DNA from: Octopus sinensis
Lineage: Eukaryota
DNA: 64,000 nucleotides
Assembly (NCBI RefSeq): GCF_006345805.1
Contig: NC_043013.1
Coordinates: forward strand, 45,880,001-45,944,000
Direction of reading: 5' to 3'
The notes beneath the pieces are model-generated. The model did no database searches and was not told the origin of the DNA. It was given only the letters and a program-made list of their open reading frames with translations. A program made the position numbers and the translations under genes. Each line of letters begins with the position of its first letter. Position 1 is the stretch's first letter. Shown here piece by piece: positions 1 through 13,370 of the stretch.

Positions 1-1
1 G

Positions 2-101
2 NNNNNNNNNNNNNNNNNNNNNNNNNNNNNNNNNNNNNNNNNNNNNNNNNNNNNNNNNNNNNNNNNNNNNNNNNNNNNNNNNNNNNNNNNNNNNNNNNNN
101 N
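2..101. other. Assembly gap (100 N)
   Basis: Run of N. Confidence 0.99.
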
Positions 102-319
102 TTTTATTTTTTTTGTCTTGCTTTGCTTTTTTTTTGTTGTTGTTTTTTTTTTGGCATTTCTAATTTAATGATGTATGTTGTTTTACAATTGTTTTATTTT
201 AAATAATGATACCGCCTCAGGTGCAATATGTACAGTCGCAAGAAAATGTATGGAAAAATAAGATGAGATAGTTTACCTTACTGGTAATCAGAGATGAATA
301 AAAATAAAAAAAAAGCATA

Positions 320-500
320 GGCGCAGGAGTGGCTGTGTGGTAAGTAGCTTGCTAACCAACCACATGGTTCCGGGTTCAGTCCCACTGCGTGGCATCTTGG
401 GCGAGTGTCTTCTGCTATAGCCCCGGGCCGACCAATGCCTTGTGAGTGGATTTGGTAGACGGAAACTGAAAGGAGCCTGTCGTATATATGTATATATATG

Positions 501-533
<33 letters not shown>

Positions 534-746
534 TTGTGTGTCTGTGTTTGTCCCCCTAGCATTGCTTGACAACCGATACTGGTGTGTTTATGTTCCCGTT
601 ACCTAGCGGTTCGGCAAAAAGAGACCGATAGAATAAGTACTGGGCTTACAAAAGAATAAGTCCCGGGCTCGAGTTGCTCGACTAAAGGCGGTGCTCCAGC
701 ATGGCCGCAGTCAAATGACTGAAAAAAGTAAAAGAGTAAAAGAGTA
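320..746 (+). mobile_element. tRNA-derived SINE, family A (full length, internal (TA)n(TG)n)
   Basis: Head GGCGCAGGAGTGGCTGTGTGGT with B-box-like GGTTCAGTCCC; 3' tail (GTAAAAGA)n; many near-identical copies in the window. Confidence 0.9.
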
Positions 747-779
747 TACGGAGGTAGAAGATTAGTTCGAATTGAAGTC

Positions 780-2600
780 TGATGTGATGGATTTCCTGAC
801 GACTGCTAGACCTGATAACCATCAAGCCTTCCATCTTTAGGATGACTATGAGTCTGAGACGCAGGTCACTACATCCAACGATGTCGAAACCTATTTCTTA
901 CTTGACTTAGCAAAGCATTTGTATGGCTAATTCTAATTTCAATAATACTGAAGCTTGGAAAGACAACCAAAAATGTATCAGCAGCTGCACTAAGATTCCA
1001 TTATATTGTTGCAATGATTTTCATTGTTCTATAAATCACTTTATATTTGAACAAGGCCTCGAGGACCCACGTTCATTTCAAGAAGAAACCTGGCCAAGAA
1101 CCTGCATATTCTAAAGTTCCTTGAAAATTATTTTGAATAGGTTTCAAGATGGACTCCATAGGTATGTAGGTCGTTATCTGAAGGATTTCCATCTGCTTCT
1201 TGTGCCAGTAGTAACACTTTCGTGAAATATGGAAAGTTCCTGTAACTTAAAAAAGATTTATATAAACTAATCTGTACTTGAAATGCTAAAATAAGAGTTC
1301 GAACTATTATTCTAACGTGTAATTCGTGTAAACGTTTCCGTACGCCATTGAACTGAGAAAAGAAATCTGCTAAACAAGATATATGATTGTTACACAATTA
1401 CCGAGTGAGTGATCCACACACCCAAAGAACCCCACTCGTTAATCAAAAGATTCATGTAACATTAATGACATATGCACTCATGTTAATCACCTTATTTCTG
1501 TATGCAAAAGAAACTGTTTGGAATTTTTTTTCATTGTATTACATAATAATATAAAAAGTTAGCGACTGAATGGGTTTGTATTTATCATGTTTATAGAACT
1601 GATATTTAAAGCTTTGTAGAGTTTTCCTCCGAGGTTTCTTCCACCAACCCACAAACCATGATGTTGTCTGTATAAAGAGAAAACAACAGCGTGCACTGCT
1701 TGCATTTGGAACTTGTTTTTCTTTTGGAATATCTCTAAAATAAAACCGCTACCTACCAATCGTGGTTGGTGTACGAATAAAAGCAACTGCAACTGACTCA
1801 TTTCGTTGAACACATAGCTGGACACACTGTTGCGGTTCTTAAGCTACCATTTTTTTCAATATATTTTACCATCGCAAGTTGGTGAGCTGGCAGAATCATT
1901 AGCATGCCGGGCAAAATGCTTAGCTACATTTAGTCCGTCTTTACGTTCTGAGTTCAAACTTCGCCGAGGTCGACTTTGCCTTTTATCTTTTCAGGTTCGA
2001 TAAAATAAGTACCATTTATGCACTGGAGTCGATGTAATTGAATACCCCCTCCCTTCAAAACTACTGGTCTTTTGCCAAGATTTGAAACCAATATTTTTTA
2101 CCATGTCATCGATACGGCGTTATACTGAATTATTACTCAGAGGATTGACTTTAAGAAGGTTTAGAGCATTTCATAACAGCGTCTGTGACTTTCTCTACGG
2201 TTGCTATAACAACATCCTCTCCAATCGCATGTGGCAGTTCTTTATATTTTATTTTATACATCTGTTTTCGTTGGATTCACAAGACTTCCATTCCCCAACC
2301 CGCCCCAACCCATCCACCAGCATTATGAGATTGTGACATGAGAAATGACACAGAGGTTGGACGTTTCCCAAATTTTTCTTTCGGGGTTTTTGGATCATTG
2401 AAGATCTCCGTATTTACCATCTGAATACATCCTCTTGCAGTTTCCTTTCATGTTTGAAATCTTCGTTGCATCATTTCCAAATGCATTTTCACATAACAAA
2501 TGTGTAAGCGTTGTCTCATTAGAGAATGAAGTCGTAAAAACCAAATTTCAAATATTCCTATGAATATCATCGAGGTTTTTTTTTTCTCTTCTCAGCATCG
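780..2600 (-). pseudogene. Fossil hAT (Charlie/Buster-type) transposase, near full length, interrupted by a SINE
   Basis: Manual minus-strand translation gives motifs in order: EYLKFGF..LLCENAFGND (N-terminal Zn finger), PLSNNSV*RRIDDM, VH..YRQH, LADFFSQFN..AFQ..RNFPYF..DLHTYGVHL, FPSFS..LLSQVRNR..SDLRL; many stops and frameshifts. Confidence 0.75.
1881..2090 (+). mobile_element. SINE family B (tail type 1)
   Basis: GGTGAGCTGGCAGAATC head, GAGTTCAAA B-box, central GTCGACTTTGCCTTT..GATAAAATAAGTACC domain; flanked by CAATAT(A/T)TTTTACCAT TSD-like duplication. Confidence 0.85.
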
Positions 2601-2889
2601 AGGGCTGGCATGTTGTAAAATTAATGAGCTATAATATAAATCCAAAATCTCTATAATATGAATACAATAACACATAAACGGCTCTCTTCAAAGATATCGA
2701 AATAAACTTCAATTATCAAAAGTATAATTACATTACAATATAATATTGATTTAGATATTTCCTTTATATTTTTTTTATCTTTCCGTTCGAGTTGCCAATT
2801 CGAGTAAAGGAGCATAAACATGCTTGGGCGATAGGGAAACACATTGCTGCGATAATAGATAGTTGATTGAAAATAAAGCAAAATAATAC

Positions 2890-3131
2890 GTGTGTGTGTG
2901 TGTGAGTACATCTATAAATATATACATATACTTACAAATTATACGAATATATGTAAATATAGATATGTGTTTATATATATATATGTGTGTCTGTGTGTGT
3001 ATGTATGTGTATATATATATATATGTGTATATATATATATATGTATTGTATATATATATGTATATAATATATGTATATGTATATATGAATATATATATAT
3101 AAGTGTGTGTGTGCATGTATATGTATTATTG

Positions 3132-3182
<51 letters not shown>

Positions 3183-3246
3183 GTATGTATATATAATACA
3201 TATGTGTATATATATATTATATATATATGTGTATGAGTATATATTC

Positions 3247-3295
<49 letters not shown>

Positions 3296-3380
3296 TATAG
3301 ATATATATATATAAATATATATATATATGTATATATATATATGTATATATATATGTATATATATATATGTATGTATGTAT
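2890..3380. repeat. (TA)n/(TG)n compound microsatellite, representative of many (e.g. 14770-16400, 18150-18350, 20750-21600, 36690-37060, 43740-44230)
   Basis: Direct inspection. Confidence 0.95.
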
Positions 3381-4059
3381 TGCAGACTATATTTAGCCAA
3401 GGAGGTCGTTAAGTGCAACCGTCTATTGTAAGGTTTGAAGGTGACTTGCATATATGTACGCATATATGTGTGTGTGCTTGTGCCTACACAATATTTATAG
3501 ATACATGTATGTATGTACGTATGTATGTATGTATTTATGTAGGTATGTATGCACGTATGTATGTATATATTGCGTGTATGACTTTAAACACACATGCACA
3601 CGGCTCATTTTACGCGATTCTCTGTAGACGAAACTTCGTTATAAAAGGCTTAATATTGCAAGAACTTAAGAAGCAAAAACCACGAAAAAATCCATTCTGG
3701 TTGCATGACCATCCTTGAAATTTACAGCTTAAATTTGAACCTCCTTATCGTTGCTTTATTAGAGCACAAAGAAGAAGAAAAGAAAGCAAAGAATCAATCA
3801 CATTTGGTTTGTTTTTGCCTGTTAGAATGTGTGCGTGTGTTACATTCTATCACTTGAGAAGCGATGTCTTAAAGAACAGTAGAACTGTTTGGTTGATTGT
3901 TTGCTTGTTTTAACTGATTCAGTACTCTTGTTAAGCAGATTCATACACATGTCACGTAAGCATAAAGAAATATCATTAGATATCAAACTATAGATTTTAA
4001 AAAGTGTAGAAGGAGGAATATAAAGAAAAATGTTTTTGCGGAATCATTAGGATTTGCAC

Positions 4060-4960
4060 TATCAACTTTAAGAATTGTAATGAATCAATTTGAGAAAATA
4101 AAAAAATTCCCATGCAAAATTCAAGTGAACATGATGCTTCTAAACTAACACGTAGATGCAGAAATGTCATGGAGAGTATAGAAAAATATGTTAAGTGTTT
4201 CAATGAATGATATGTCACAACGCACTGGCCACTCAGCCAACACGATATCGGGGAGAGAAACGGTGTGGGCTTTATTTAAACAGCTGAAACGAGAAGAAGC
4301 TGACGAAGCTATTCAAACGTTGGTTGCTTCTTATGGATGACTAGAAAAGTTTCAAGAAGCGATCTGATCTCCCCAAAATTCGGATAGCAAGGGAATTTGC
4401 ATGTTTTGACATCCAGGTTGCTTCGGCATTTTCCATCATAACTGAAGATATTATAGAACGAGATTAATATCTAGGAAATCTAGATTTTTTAAGTAGATGA
4501 ATGGTGGTCTGTTTTGGAAGTGGTTACCCTTTAAAACTGTTAACCTAAAGCACCGGTATATAAACCTGCAAATAATCATTTCACATTGTTATTAGGAACA
4601 ATATGTCACTGAAAACCTAAAACTTAAGTCATTATTTGTTTATCATTCTGATATATCTACAGTTACGAAAGGCTTCTCCAAAATCTAATCTGTCTCTTAT
4701 ATGGAAGTCTAACAAAAAAAGCTTGCGTTTTTTAGGATTTCTTCACCGAATGGCTCGTTGAATATATCTGACCGACTGTCACACGTTATTGTGAGAAGAA
4801 TACTTTCGATCCCAATCTATCCTTCAAATATTGATTCACTCTAGACATGCGTACCCATTGAAGTCGTTCGCATTCTACTAAATACGGCTTCGCTGCTATA
4901 GACGATAAATCGTGGATGTTATTTCCGTTTTCAAGGCTCCAGATACATTAACTTAGAAGA
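4060..4960 (+). pseudogene. Fossil Tigger/pogo transposase
   Basis: Motifs VASYG*LEKF (4323), VDE..GLFWK (4493), KLKSLFVYHS (4620), WKSNKK (4702), VISVFKA (~4920) in the order expected for a pogo DDE domain. Confidence 0.75.
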
Positions 4961-5066
4961 AAATCAAGTCAGTTGCTTACTACGGTTAATGTTAAACATC
5001 AGGCTGTCAAAGAATTATGGGAAAATTACAACGCTATGCAAACAGCAGGAAAAATTTGAAGATATA

Positions 5067-5241
5067 GGCGCAGGAGTGGCTGTGGGGTAAGTAGCTTGCT
5101 TACCAGCCACATGGTTCCGGGTTCATTCCCACTGCGTGGCACCTTAGGCAAGTGTCTTCTACTATAGCCTTGGGCCGACCAAAGCCTTGTAAGTGGATTT
5201 GATAGACGGAAACTGAAAGAAGTCCATCGTGTATATGTATG

Positions 5242-5272
<31 letters not shown>

Positions 5273-5308
5273 GTGTGTGTAGGTATGTAGGAAGGTAGGT
5301 GGTGTATG

Positions 5309-5372
<64 letters not shown>

Positions 5373-5600
5373 GGTATGTGTGTATATGTTTGTGTGTCTG
5401 TGTTTGTACCCCCAACATCGCTTGACAACCGATGCTGGTGTGTTTACGTCCCCGTAACTTAGCGGTTCGGCAAAAGATACCGATAGAATAAATACTATGC
5501 TTCCAAAGAGTAAGTCCTGTGGGGGTCGATTTGCTCGACTAAAAGGCGGTGCTCCAGCATGGCCACAGTCACACGACTGAAACAAGTAAAACAGTGAAAC
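5067..5600 (+). mobile_element. SINE family A, full length
   Basis: Matches 320-746 with a longer internal microsatellite. Confidence 0.9.
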
Positions 5601-5780
5601 AATATACCTGGAAGGCGTTGAATATAAATATTTCATTAGGGTTTGAAAAAAAATTATATCTAAATGTGGTTAAAGAAGACCAACGGTTAAAGGATGGATC
5701 AGCTTGGATCAGTCATAGTCTGGTACAGATGGCTATGGAAGTGGGACTTCAAGAAGTTGGGGCAGATAATCTTTAATCTC

Positions 5781-6120
5781 TTATCGTTTAGTTGTTTCAT
5801 GCATTGGACTGCAGCCATGCTGGGGGTACCATTTTCAAGAGCTTAATCGAGAAAACCGATCTCAGTACGTATTTATAAAGCGTTTTGCCGAACAGCTAAG
5901 TTACAAGAATGTAAACGGACCAACACCGGTTGTCAAACACAAAGGCATACACATACGCACATAAACATACATATATGACGGGCTTCGTTGCAGTTTTCGT
6001 CTACATTAATCGGTCCAAGGTTATAGTTGAAGGCGCTTACTGAAGGTACTATGAAGTGAGACTGAACCCGAAACTGCGTACAATGCAAAGCAGGCTTCTT
6101 AACCATGCCATGCCTGCGCC
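5781..6120 (-). mobile_element. SINE family A, diverged
   Basis: Reverse-complement similarity to family A, ending ...GCCTGCGCC. Confidence 0.75.
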
Positions 6121-6140
6121 TAATATTTAATATATAATAA

Positions 6141-6353
6141 GGTGGTGAGCTGGTAGAATCGTTAGCATGCCGGATAAAATGCTTAGCGGCATTTCGTCCG
6201 TCTTTACATTTTGAGTTCAAATTCCACCGGGGTCGACTTTGTCTTTCGTCCTTTCGGGATCACTGAAATAAGTACCAGTTGAGCACTGGAAGTCCATGCA
6301 ATCGACTTAGCCCCTTCCCGAAATTGCTGGCCTTGTACCAAAATCTGAAACCA
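6141..6353 (+). mobile_element. SINE family B (tail type 1)
   Basis: Same head, central domain and tail as 1881-2090. Confidence 0.88.
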
Positions 6354-6533
6354 ATGTATGATATATACTATTAAAGAAGTGTAACATGTTGATAACAAGA
6401 TCCTGGCCTACGAAGGCTTTAAGAGTCAACCGAATCACTAGTATCTGGTTTAATTAGTAAAGAGACACCTCTACACCGGTATTAACAACGGGGATTTTAT
6501 CCCAAAACTTTAATGAAATAACTTATGCTTTAA

Positions 6534-6752
6534 CCCTTTAGTGTTTAAACCGGCCATATCTGGCCCAGATATTCTACATGTTTTATATTCAAACTGGCAA
6601 TATCTGGCCTCTCACACCTACCCGACAATGTCACTCTAAATATAAACAATCACATCATTGAAACCTCAAAGATATAAGATAATGCATGATTAATTCAAAA
6701 CATTTGAGTGGAAAAGTATTACATTTAACAGAGTAATCTGAACACTAAAGGG
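6534..6752. mobile_element. piggyBac-type MITE
   Basis: TTAA|CCCTTTAGTGTT ... AACACTAAAGGG|TTAA: TTAA TSD, CCC/GGG termini, 12-bp TIR. Confidence 0.85.
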
Positions 6753-9119
6753 TTAAAGTGACTTATAGAAAAGTATTTTGAACGAAACGCGAAGGTTAAA
6801 AGATTTGCAATGATATAACTGGATTTTTATACGAAGAAATTAGAGAGTCGCAACAAGGGAGAGTAGTCAAATCTGGATGCATCCCTTTTTGTTAGGATTT
6901 TTTAAAAAATCTAACAGAATAAGTAGTACCAACAATATTTTTATTGTTTCGTGCCTCTTACTTGTTGCATAACCTAAAGAAGGCGTATAGTTTTTTTTTC
7001 ATTGAATTACATAGAATTTTGTCCAAATAATTTTTTTCCATATAAAATGTTAATAATTTTAAAATAAATTTACTTGAAATTATGTTCAGGGGATTTTTTT
7101 TTCTGTATATGTAAGGACATTGTAGGCTTACTTTATTTTACAAATAAGTGAACATTTCTTTCCATAATAAAAGAATTTATCTGCATCTAAATTATGTTTC
7201 ACCTTCATCTGATAAAAAAGCATATGCATTTCGTTAATCCAGATAATGGCGAATATATATATGTGTATGTGTGTGATAATGTGTGTGTGTGTGTGTGCGC
7301 GCGAGTGCGCATGCGTTATGTGTGGTTGTGTACGTATGTATGTTCATGCATGTACATATATGTACGAGTATGCGTATTTGTGGGTATACATGTTTGCGTG
7401 TATGTCACACACACACACATTCTTACCTCACACCTTTGACTTCTCTTTTTTTCTCTTCAACACTCATCTCCTTCTTTCTCTCTCTTTCTCTCTCTATATC
7501 TATCTCTCCCTCTCTCTCTCACCCTGGCACCTATCTTTTTTTACTTCTCTGTACTGATTACTATCTCTACCACTTTTCACCGCTACCGAGCTTAAAACAT
7601 TATTAACACCGCAGCCATTTTTACCCTACTATTCTGAACTACACTTCTTCTATATCACTCTCGCAAATCCAAGCTTCTGTAAGAAGACACTGTAGTTTTG
7701 AGCTTTGAGGAGCTTTGAGAATGAAAAGCTCTACAAGTTAGTTATTATCTTTCTTTCTACACCATTGGGTCGACAAACAATCTTGAATAACTTCATTGTC
7801 AGGCGTTATGTATTTATCATAGAATTTTCATGGGTAAATTACAAAGATGGCTTCCCTTTACCGTCTGTCGTATGTTCTTTTTCTTTTTTTTTATGTGGTA
7901 TCATTTTGTTAGTTAGATGCACACGAGCTTGTTCCATCCGACTGGGCAGCCAGAAACGTAATGTGCCGGATCAACGATGCGTTCTTTCCAATACTGACAA
8001 TTCGCTGTCGTAATAATTATGTAGTTGTCTGCAACAGTAGATTTTTAAAACTTGTCAACGATGGGGATCAATAGCGAAAACAGTTTGGTCTGTGTGTTGA
8101 GTGCACGATATTGTTACGTTGTGGACATAAAGACTTCTTATGGAAACAGAAAAGGAATTGGCCAGATAAGATGCAACATCAATCATCGAACTGAGAATCA
8201 ATTGATAAACTATCAAATTCCAGACCTCCACGATCTCACATAAAATTCAGCAACGTATAAAACATTTCAGATTCTGAATAATGTTAAGAAAGAAAGATTG
8301 TGTTAGCAACTCAAGGGTCATATCCCTTTAAACTATTTTCTTTTACGAACAGGTCACATGGAATCACCCTTTATAATTTTATGGAGACTATTCAAAAACT
8401 TTATGACAGAATCTACTCTGGTGCAAAAATTCACAATCTGAGAGAGAGACGACATTTTAAAATCGGTCTTCAAAGGTTTTCAAGGTTAGCGATATAATTC
8501 ACTCTCAAAGATCTAATCTTAAACAAGATCTAATTCATGGAAACTACAAAGTGATTTAACAACAGAAACATAGTTATTTGCTTTTCACCCTTTTCCCATT
8601 GTTTTTTTTAATCATTTCCTCTTAAATTAAAGGTTTTTTAATTTTTTCGTAGTCTGTTAGATTTCTCGGGTTTCAAATTGACACCTAATTTAATTAAATA
8701 AAAAAATTCAATTCCAATTCACACCGTATCACCTTACCACCATTCCTATCACTACCATCATTAATACTTCAGGTGCTTCCACGAGAAAAAGAGGGCGATT
8801 CTACACGTTCGACTGCTAGATATACTAAACCAGCCTCCCTCCATTCACATGCTTCTATTTTTTTAAAAATGAGATTACTCATTCAATACTGTAATCCTAA
8901 AAACATTATGCATAGGAAAAAAACAGGAAAACAGTTTTTAATCATTTATCTGCTGGTTCAGAGCTGACCTGGGATCTAACAGTAACTATGCCGACACCAT
9001 CCGCACAAAAACAACACCACCATAACCACTAACACCATCACATCCCCATATCACAGAAGCACAAAAATGCCAGATTCGCAATTTCCTCTATAACCAAACA
9101 AGGAATACCAACTCAACGA

Positions 9120-9342
9120 GGGAACTTCTACATAGTCACTCGGCTTTCTAAAAACACCAGCCAAATTTCCCTCAAATCACATTAGGCTGTCATGAATAGA
9201 AAGCAAATTGAATGTGGTCTTAAATATAGAATATATTGTATTATATATTGGAAAAAAATACATGTTGGTCATGGTTGGGATGTGTTTGATCATAGGTATA
9301 TTGCATCAGGGCTGACCTGGGGTTTAAACAACAAGAACAACA
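9120..9342 (+). mobile_element. Old SINE-like repeat, family D (related pieces near 8790-8990, 12880-12925, 20385-20570, 56115-56720, 56850-56990)
   Basis: Recurrent CAGCCAAAT(T/C)TCCCTCAAATCAC and CAGGGCTGACCTGGGG..AACAAC 3' end. Confidence 0.55.
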
Positions 9343-9576
9343 GACTAATCTCAAAACTAACAACGATTTCCCATCTGTTGCCGTAGGTGACGCTTTTGTT
9401 GTTTTTTAACACTATGTTAACCCTTTGCAGGTCAATGAGTAGAGGAGTTCCGTCCATGATCATCCTGTATTTTTCTATGTCCAGAACTACATATATATAT
9501 CATCCAACGTATTCATTCTCGCTTTTTTAAAGATTGTTGAGGTTGCTGGCGATGGTGTCGCTGATATTGTTGTATT

Positions 9577-11100
9577 GGTGGTGGTAGGTGGTAATGGTGG
9601 TGGTGGTGGTGGTGGGTGGTGGTGGTGGTGGTCTTAATGATGCTGGTGTTCCTGGAAAACCGAACTACAGCAACGTTAAGCTGACAGATCCACTAAAACA
9701 TCCTAGAAAATCTCAGCCATCATGCCAACAACTCAAGTACTCTCGTGCTTGAAACTTGAACTGTTCCTCTTGATGATGCTACAGGTGGTGGTGGTGGTGG
9801 TAGTAGTAGTAGTAGTTGTGGTGGTGGTGAATAGTGGAGGTGGTGGTGGTAGTGGTGGTGGTGATGAATGGTGGTGTTGGTGTTGGTGGTGGTGGTGGTG
9901 GTGGTGGTGGTGGTGGTGGTAGTAGTGGTGGTCAGGCTCTGGTTGTTGATATCAGTGGGATTGGCGTTCAGTGGTAGTTATTGCTGTGGTATTTAAAGAT
10001 GGTGGTGATTTTGGTGGCGATGGTTTTGGTGGTGGTGACCTGTTTATTGACGATGGTGTTACTGGTGCGATGGTTGTAGCGTTACTGGTTGTGATGGTGG
10101 CTATTGTTGGTTATAGCGGTGCGTATGCTGCTATTGTTGTTGTTGTTGTTATTGGTGGTGGTGGTGGTGGTGGTGGTGTTGGTGGTGGTGGTGGTGGTGG
10201 TGGTAGTGAATGATGGTGGTGGTGGTGGTATTGGTGATGGTGGTGGCGAATGGTGGTGCTGGTGGTGCTGGTAGTGATGGTGGTGAATGGTAGTGGTGGT
10301 TGTGGTGGTAGTTGTGGTGAATGGTGGTGGTGGTGGTGGTGGTGGTGCTGCTGCTGCTGCTGCTGGTGCTTGTGGCGTTAGTGGCAATGATGGTGATGGT
10401 GGTAGTTGTGGTGCTGGTGCTGGTGGTGTTGATGGTAATACCAAAACTTTGCCGCCACCACACCACTAACACCAACATCAACAACAACAGCACTACCACT
10501 ACAACCAGCAACTCTAACACCAATAACAACAACAACAACAACAACAACTCTAAGACTACCACCGCTCCTACCATAACCACCACCATTATCACCAACAGTC
10601 TTCGACAACACAAACTCTAGCATCAACCCAACAGCCAATAACTAGCATCACCATCTCCACCACTACAACCGCAGTTGACGCCGCCACCGCCATCAACATC
10701 TTTAACACTACCACCACTAATGCGTCTACTACCACTACCACTACCACTACCACCGTCAAATTTACCGGCACCGCCACTACCACCACCATCACATGCACCG
10801 CCACCGCCACCCCCACCCCCCTTCACTATTATCACCATCGTTACATCTACCGCTTCCACCACCACCACAACCACCACCACCACCACCGCCGCCATCACCA
10901 TCACATCTAGCGCTCCCCCCCACACCGCCACCAGTCATCCAAGACAGCATGAGATAGCAAGGAAGCGAGTCCACAGATGAGTCATGGAGTTCAAGTGAAT
11001 CGAACAATACACAGAAATGATGGTGATGGTGATGGTGATGGTGATGGTGATGGCGATGGTGTTGATGGTGGTGGTGGTGGTGGCGGTCGTAGGAGGTGGA
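9577..11100. repeat. Degenerate (GGT)n / (ACC)n trinucleotide low-complexity block
   Basis: Direct inspection; strand polarity switches near 10440 and 11015. Confidence 0.95.
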
Positions 11101-11266
11101 TTGAAGAAGGAGGCGGAGTTAGTGTCTCTGGATCTGTCTGTGGATCTCTTTTTCTCTCTCTCTCTTTCTCACCCATCTCCAACTCTCACTATCCTTTCTG
11201 CATACATACGTACGTTATACAGACACATATATATTCACACACACACATATATATATATGTATGTAT

Positions 11267-11352
11267 GGATGGATGGATGGATGGATGGATGGACGGACGG
11301 ACGGATGGATGGATGGATGGATGGATGGATGGATGGACGGACGGATGGATGG

Positions 11353-11388
<36 letters not shown>

Positions 11389-11498
11389 ATGGATGGATGG
11401 ACGGACGGATGGATGGATGGATGGATGGATGGATGGATGGATGGATGTGGATGGATGGACGGACGGACGGATGGATGGATGGACGGACGGATGGATGG

Positions 11499-11534
<36 letters not shown>

Positions 11535-11632
11535 ATGGATGGATGGACGGACGGACGGATGGATGGATGGATGGATGGATGGATGGATGTGGATGGACGG
11601 ACGGATGGAGGGATGGATGGATGGACGGACGG

Positions 11633-11668
<36 letters not shown>

Positions 11669-12066
11669 ATGGATGGATGGATGGATGGATGGATGGACGG
11701 ACGGATGGATGGATGGATGGATGGACGGACGGACGGACGGACGGATGGACGGACGGACGGACGGATGGATGGATGGATGGATGGATGGATGGATGGATGG
11801 ACGGACGGACGGACGGACGGATGGGTGGATGGATGGATGGATGGACGGACGGACGGATGGATGGATGGACGGACGGACGGACGGACGGACGGACGGATGG
11901 ACGGACGGACGGACGGACGGATGGACGGACGGACGGACGGACGGATGGATGGATGGATGGATGGATGGACGGACGGACGGATGGATGGATGGATGGATGG
12001 ATGGATGGATGGATGGACGGACGGACGGACGGACGGACGGATGGATGGACGGACGGACGGACGGAC

Positions 12067-12100
<34 letters not shown>

Positions 12101-12364
12101 ACGGACGGACGGATGGATGGATGGATGGATGGATGGACGGACGGACGGACGGATGGATGGATGGACGGACGGACGGATGGATGGATGGATGGACGGACGG
12201 ACGGACGGATGGATGGATGGATGGATGGATGGATGGATGGATGGATGGACGGACGGATGGATGGATGGATGGATGGATGGATGGACGGACGGATGGATGG
12301 ATGGATGGATGGATGGATGATGGATGGATGGATGGATGGATGGATGGACGGATGGATGGATGGA
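11267..12364. repeat. 1.1-kb (GGAT/GGAC)n tetranucleotide array
   Basis: Direct inspection. Confidence 0.98.
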
Positions 12365-12577
12365 TACAAGAGTTACAGAATGGAATGCATAAGATCTGGA
12401 CTGCATATGTTTCCTAGCGAGCGGAACCCCAGAAGGGGTGAATATCCAAGCCTGGTGTATACTCCGCAGGATACTCTTCAAGCCTTTGGCAGCTTGATTA
12501 AATGGAAGTTTAGATTGTCACAAGGAGGTACTTGTTAACATATGGAAGATTCAACATATATATATATATATATATAT

Positions 12578-12802
12578 GCTGGCAGAAACGTTAGCACGCC
12601 GGGCAAAATGCTTTGCGGTATTTCGTCTGCCGTTACGTTCTGGGTTTAAATTCCGCCAAGGTCGACTTTGCCTTTCATCCTTTCGGGGTCAATAAATAAA
12701 GTACCAGTTTCGCACTGGGGTCGATGTACTCGACTTAATCCCTTTGTCTGTCCTTGTTTGTCCCCTCTACGTTTAGCCCCTTGTGGGTATTAACAGAAAT
12801 AG
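12578..12802 (+). mobile_element. SINE family B (tail type 2)
   Basis: Family B head and central domain plus TTTGTCTGTCCTTGTTTGTCCCCTCT..GCCCCTTGTGGG tail. Confidence 0.88.
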
Positions 12803-13335
12803 CTATATGCTTATATATATGGAGACAGACAGACACACAGACACACAGAGTCGTTCTACGTTTAAAGCTACATGTTGTTATTGTTGTTGTTTAGCCTAAG
12901 GTTCCCTATGATCTGAATAGACCATGATCTAGCAAACCTACCTCCCTCCAAAAGTAAAGCAAAACCATTAGGGAGGAATAAGAAAAACCATGAAACAACT
13001 TCATGGATGAGGATCTTGCATTACAGAATCACAGAATCACAGAATCACAGAATTAATGTCATTTTCAGATACTTTTCAGCTGCCATCATGTTAAACTTTT
13101 AACACCGACTGGTAAATCTACCCTTGGCTCTGGATAACGATTCTTGATAAATGTTGTGGTATTCCTATTAACATGAAACCAATGGTAACCCTAATACACA
13201 AGTAAAGTATGTATATATATATATATATATAAAAGTTAATCCGAACATGAAAACACAAAGAGAAAACACAACAACGCGAGGACTTGGAACAAGTATAGTA
13301 TTATCTGACGCTCAGGAAAGAAGGAACGAAGGAGG

Positions 13336-13370
13336 GTTTAACGTTTCGAGCGGAGTTCTTCGTCAGAAAC
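13336..13370 (-). ncRNA. Minimal hammerhead ribozyme motif within a ~250-bp repeat (13232-13480)
   Basis: Minus strand GTTT-CTGACGA-A-GAAC-TCC-GCTC-GAA-ACGT-T-AAAC: stem I GTTT/AAAC, CUGANGA and GAAA core, palindromic stem III. Confidence 0.65.

Noticed and set aside
2775-3463. [12 protein letters not shown] ORFs here and throughout the window
   Set aside because: Translations of dinucleotide and tetranucleotide microsatellites.
7700-8500. Unique-looking stretch with short ORFs and a CxxC (CVEC)
   Set aside because: No recognisable domain; may be a transposase relic but is unsupported.
9722-11182. Gly/Pro/His/Val-rich ORFs as structural proteins
   Set aside because: They overlap in many frames on both strands and derive from GGT/ACC repeats; no splice or domain support. 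The same applies to 44474-44905.
10977-12538. Five long ORFs (384-466 aa) of MDGW/HPSI repeats
   Set aside because: GGAY tetramers contain no stop codon in these frames; the ORFs are artefacts of the satellite.
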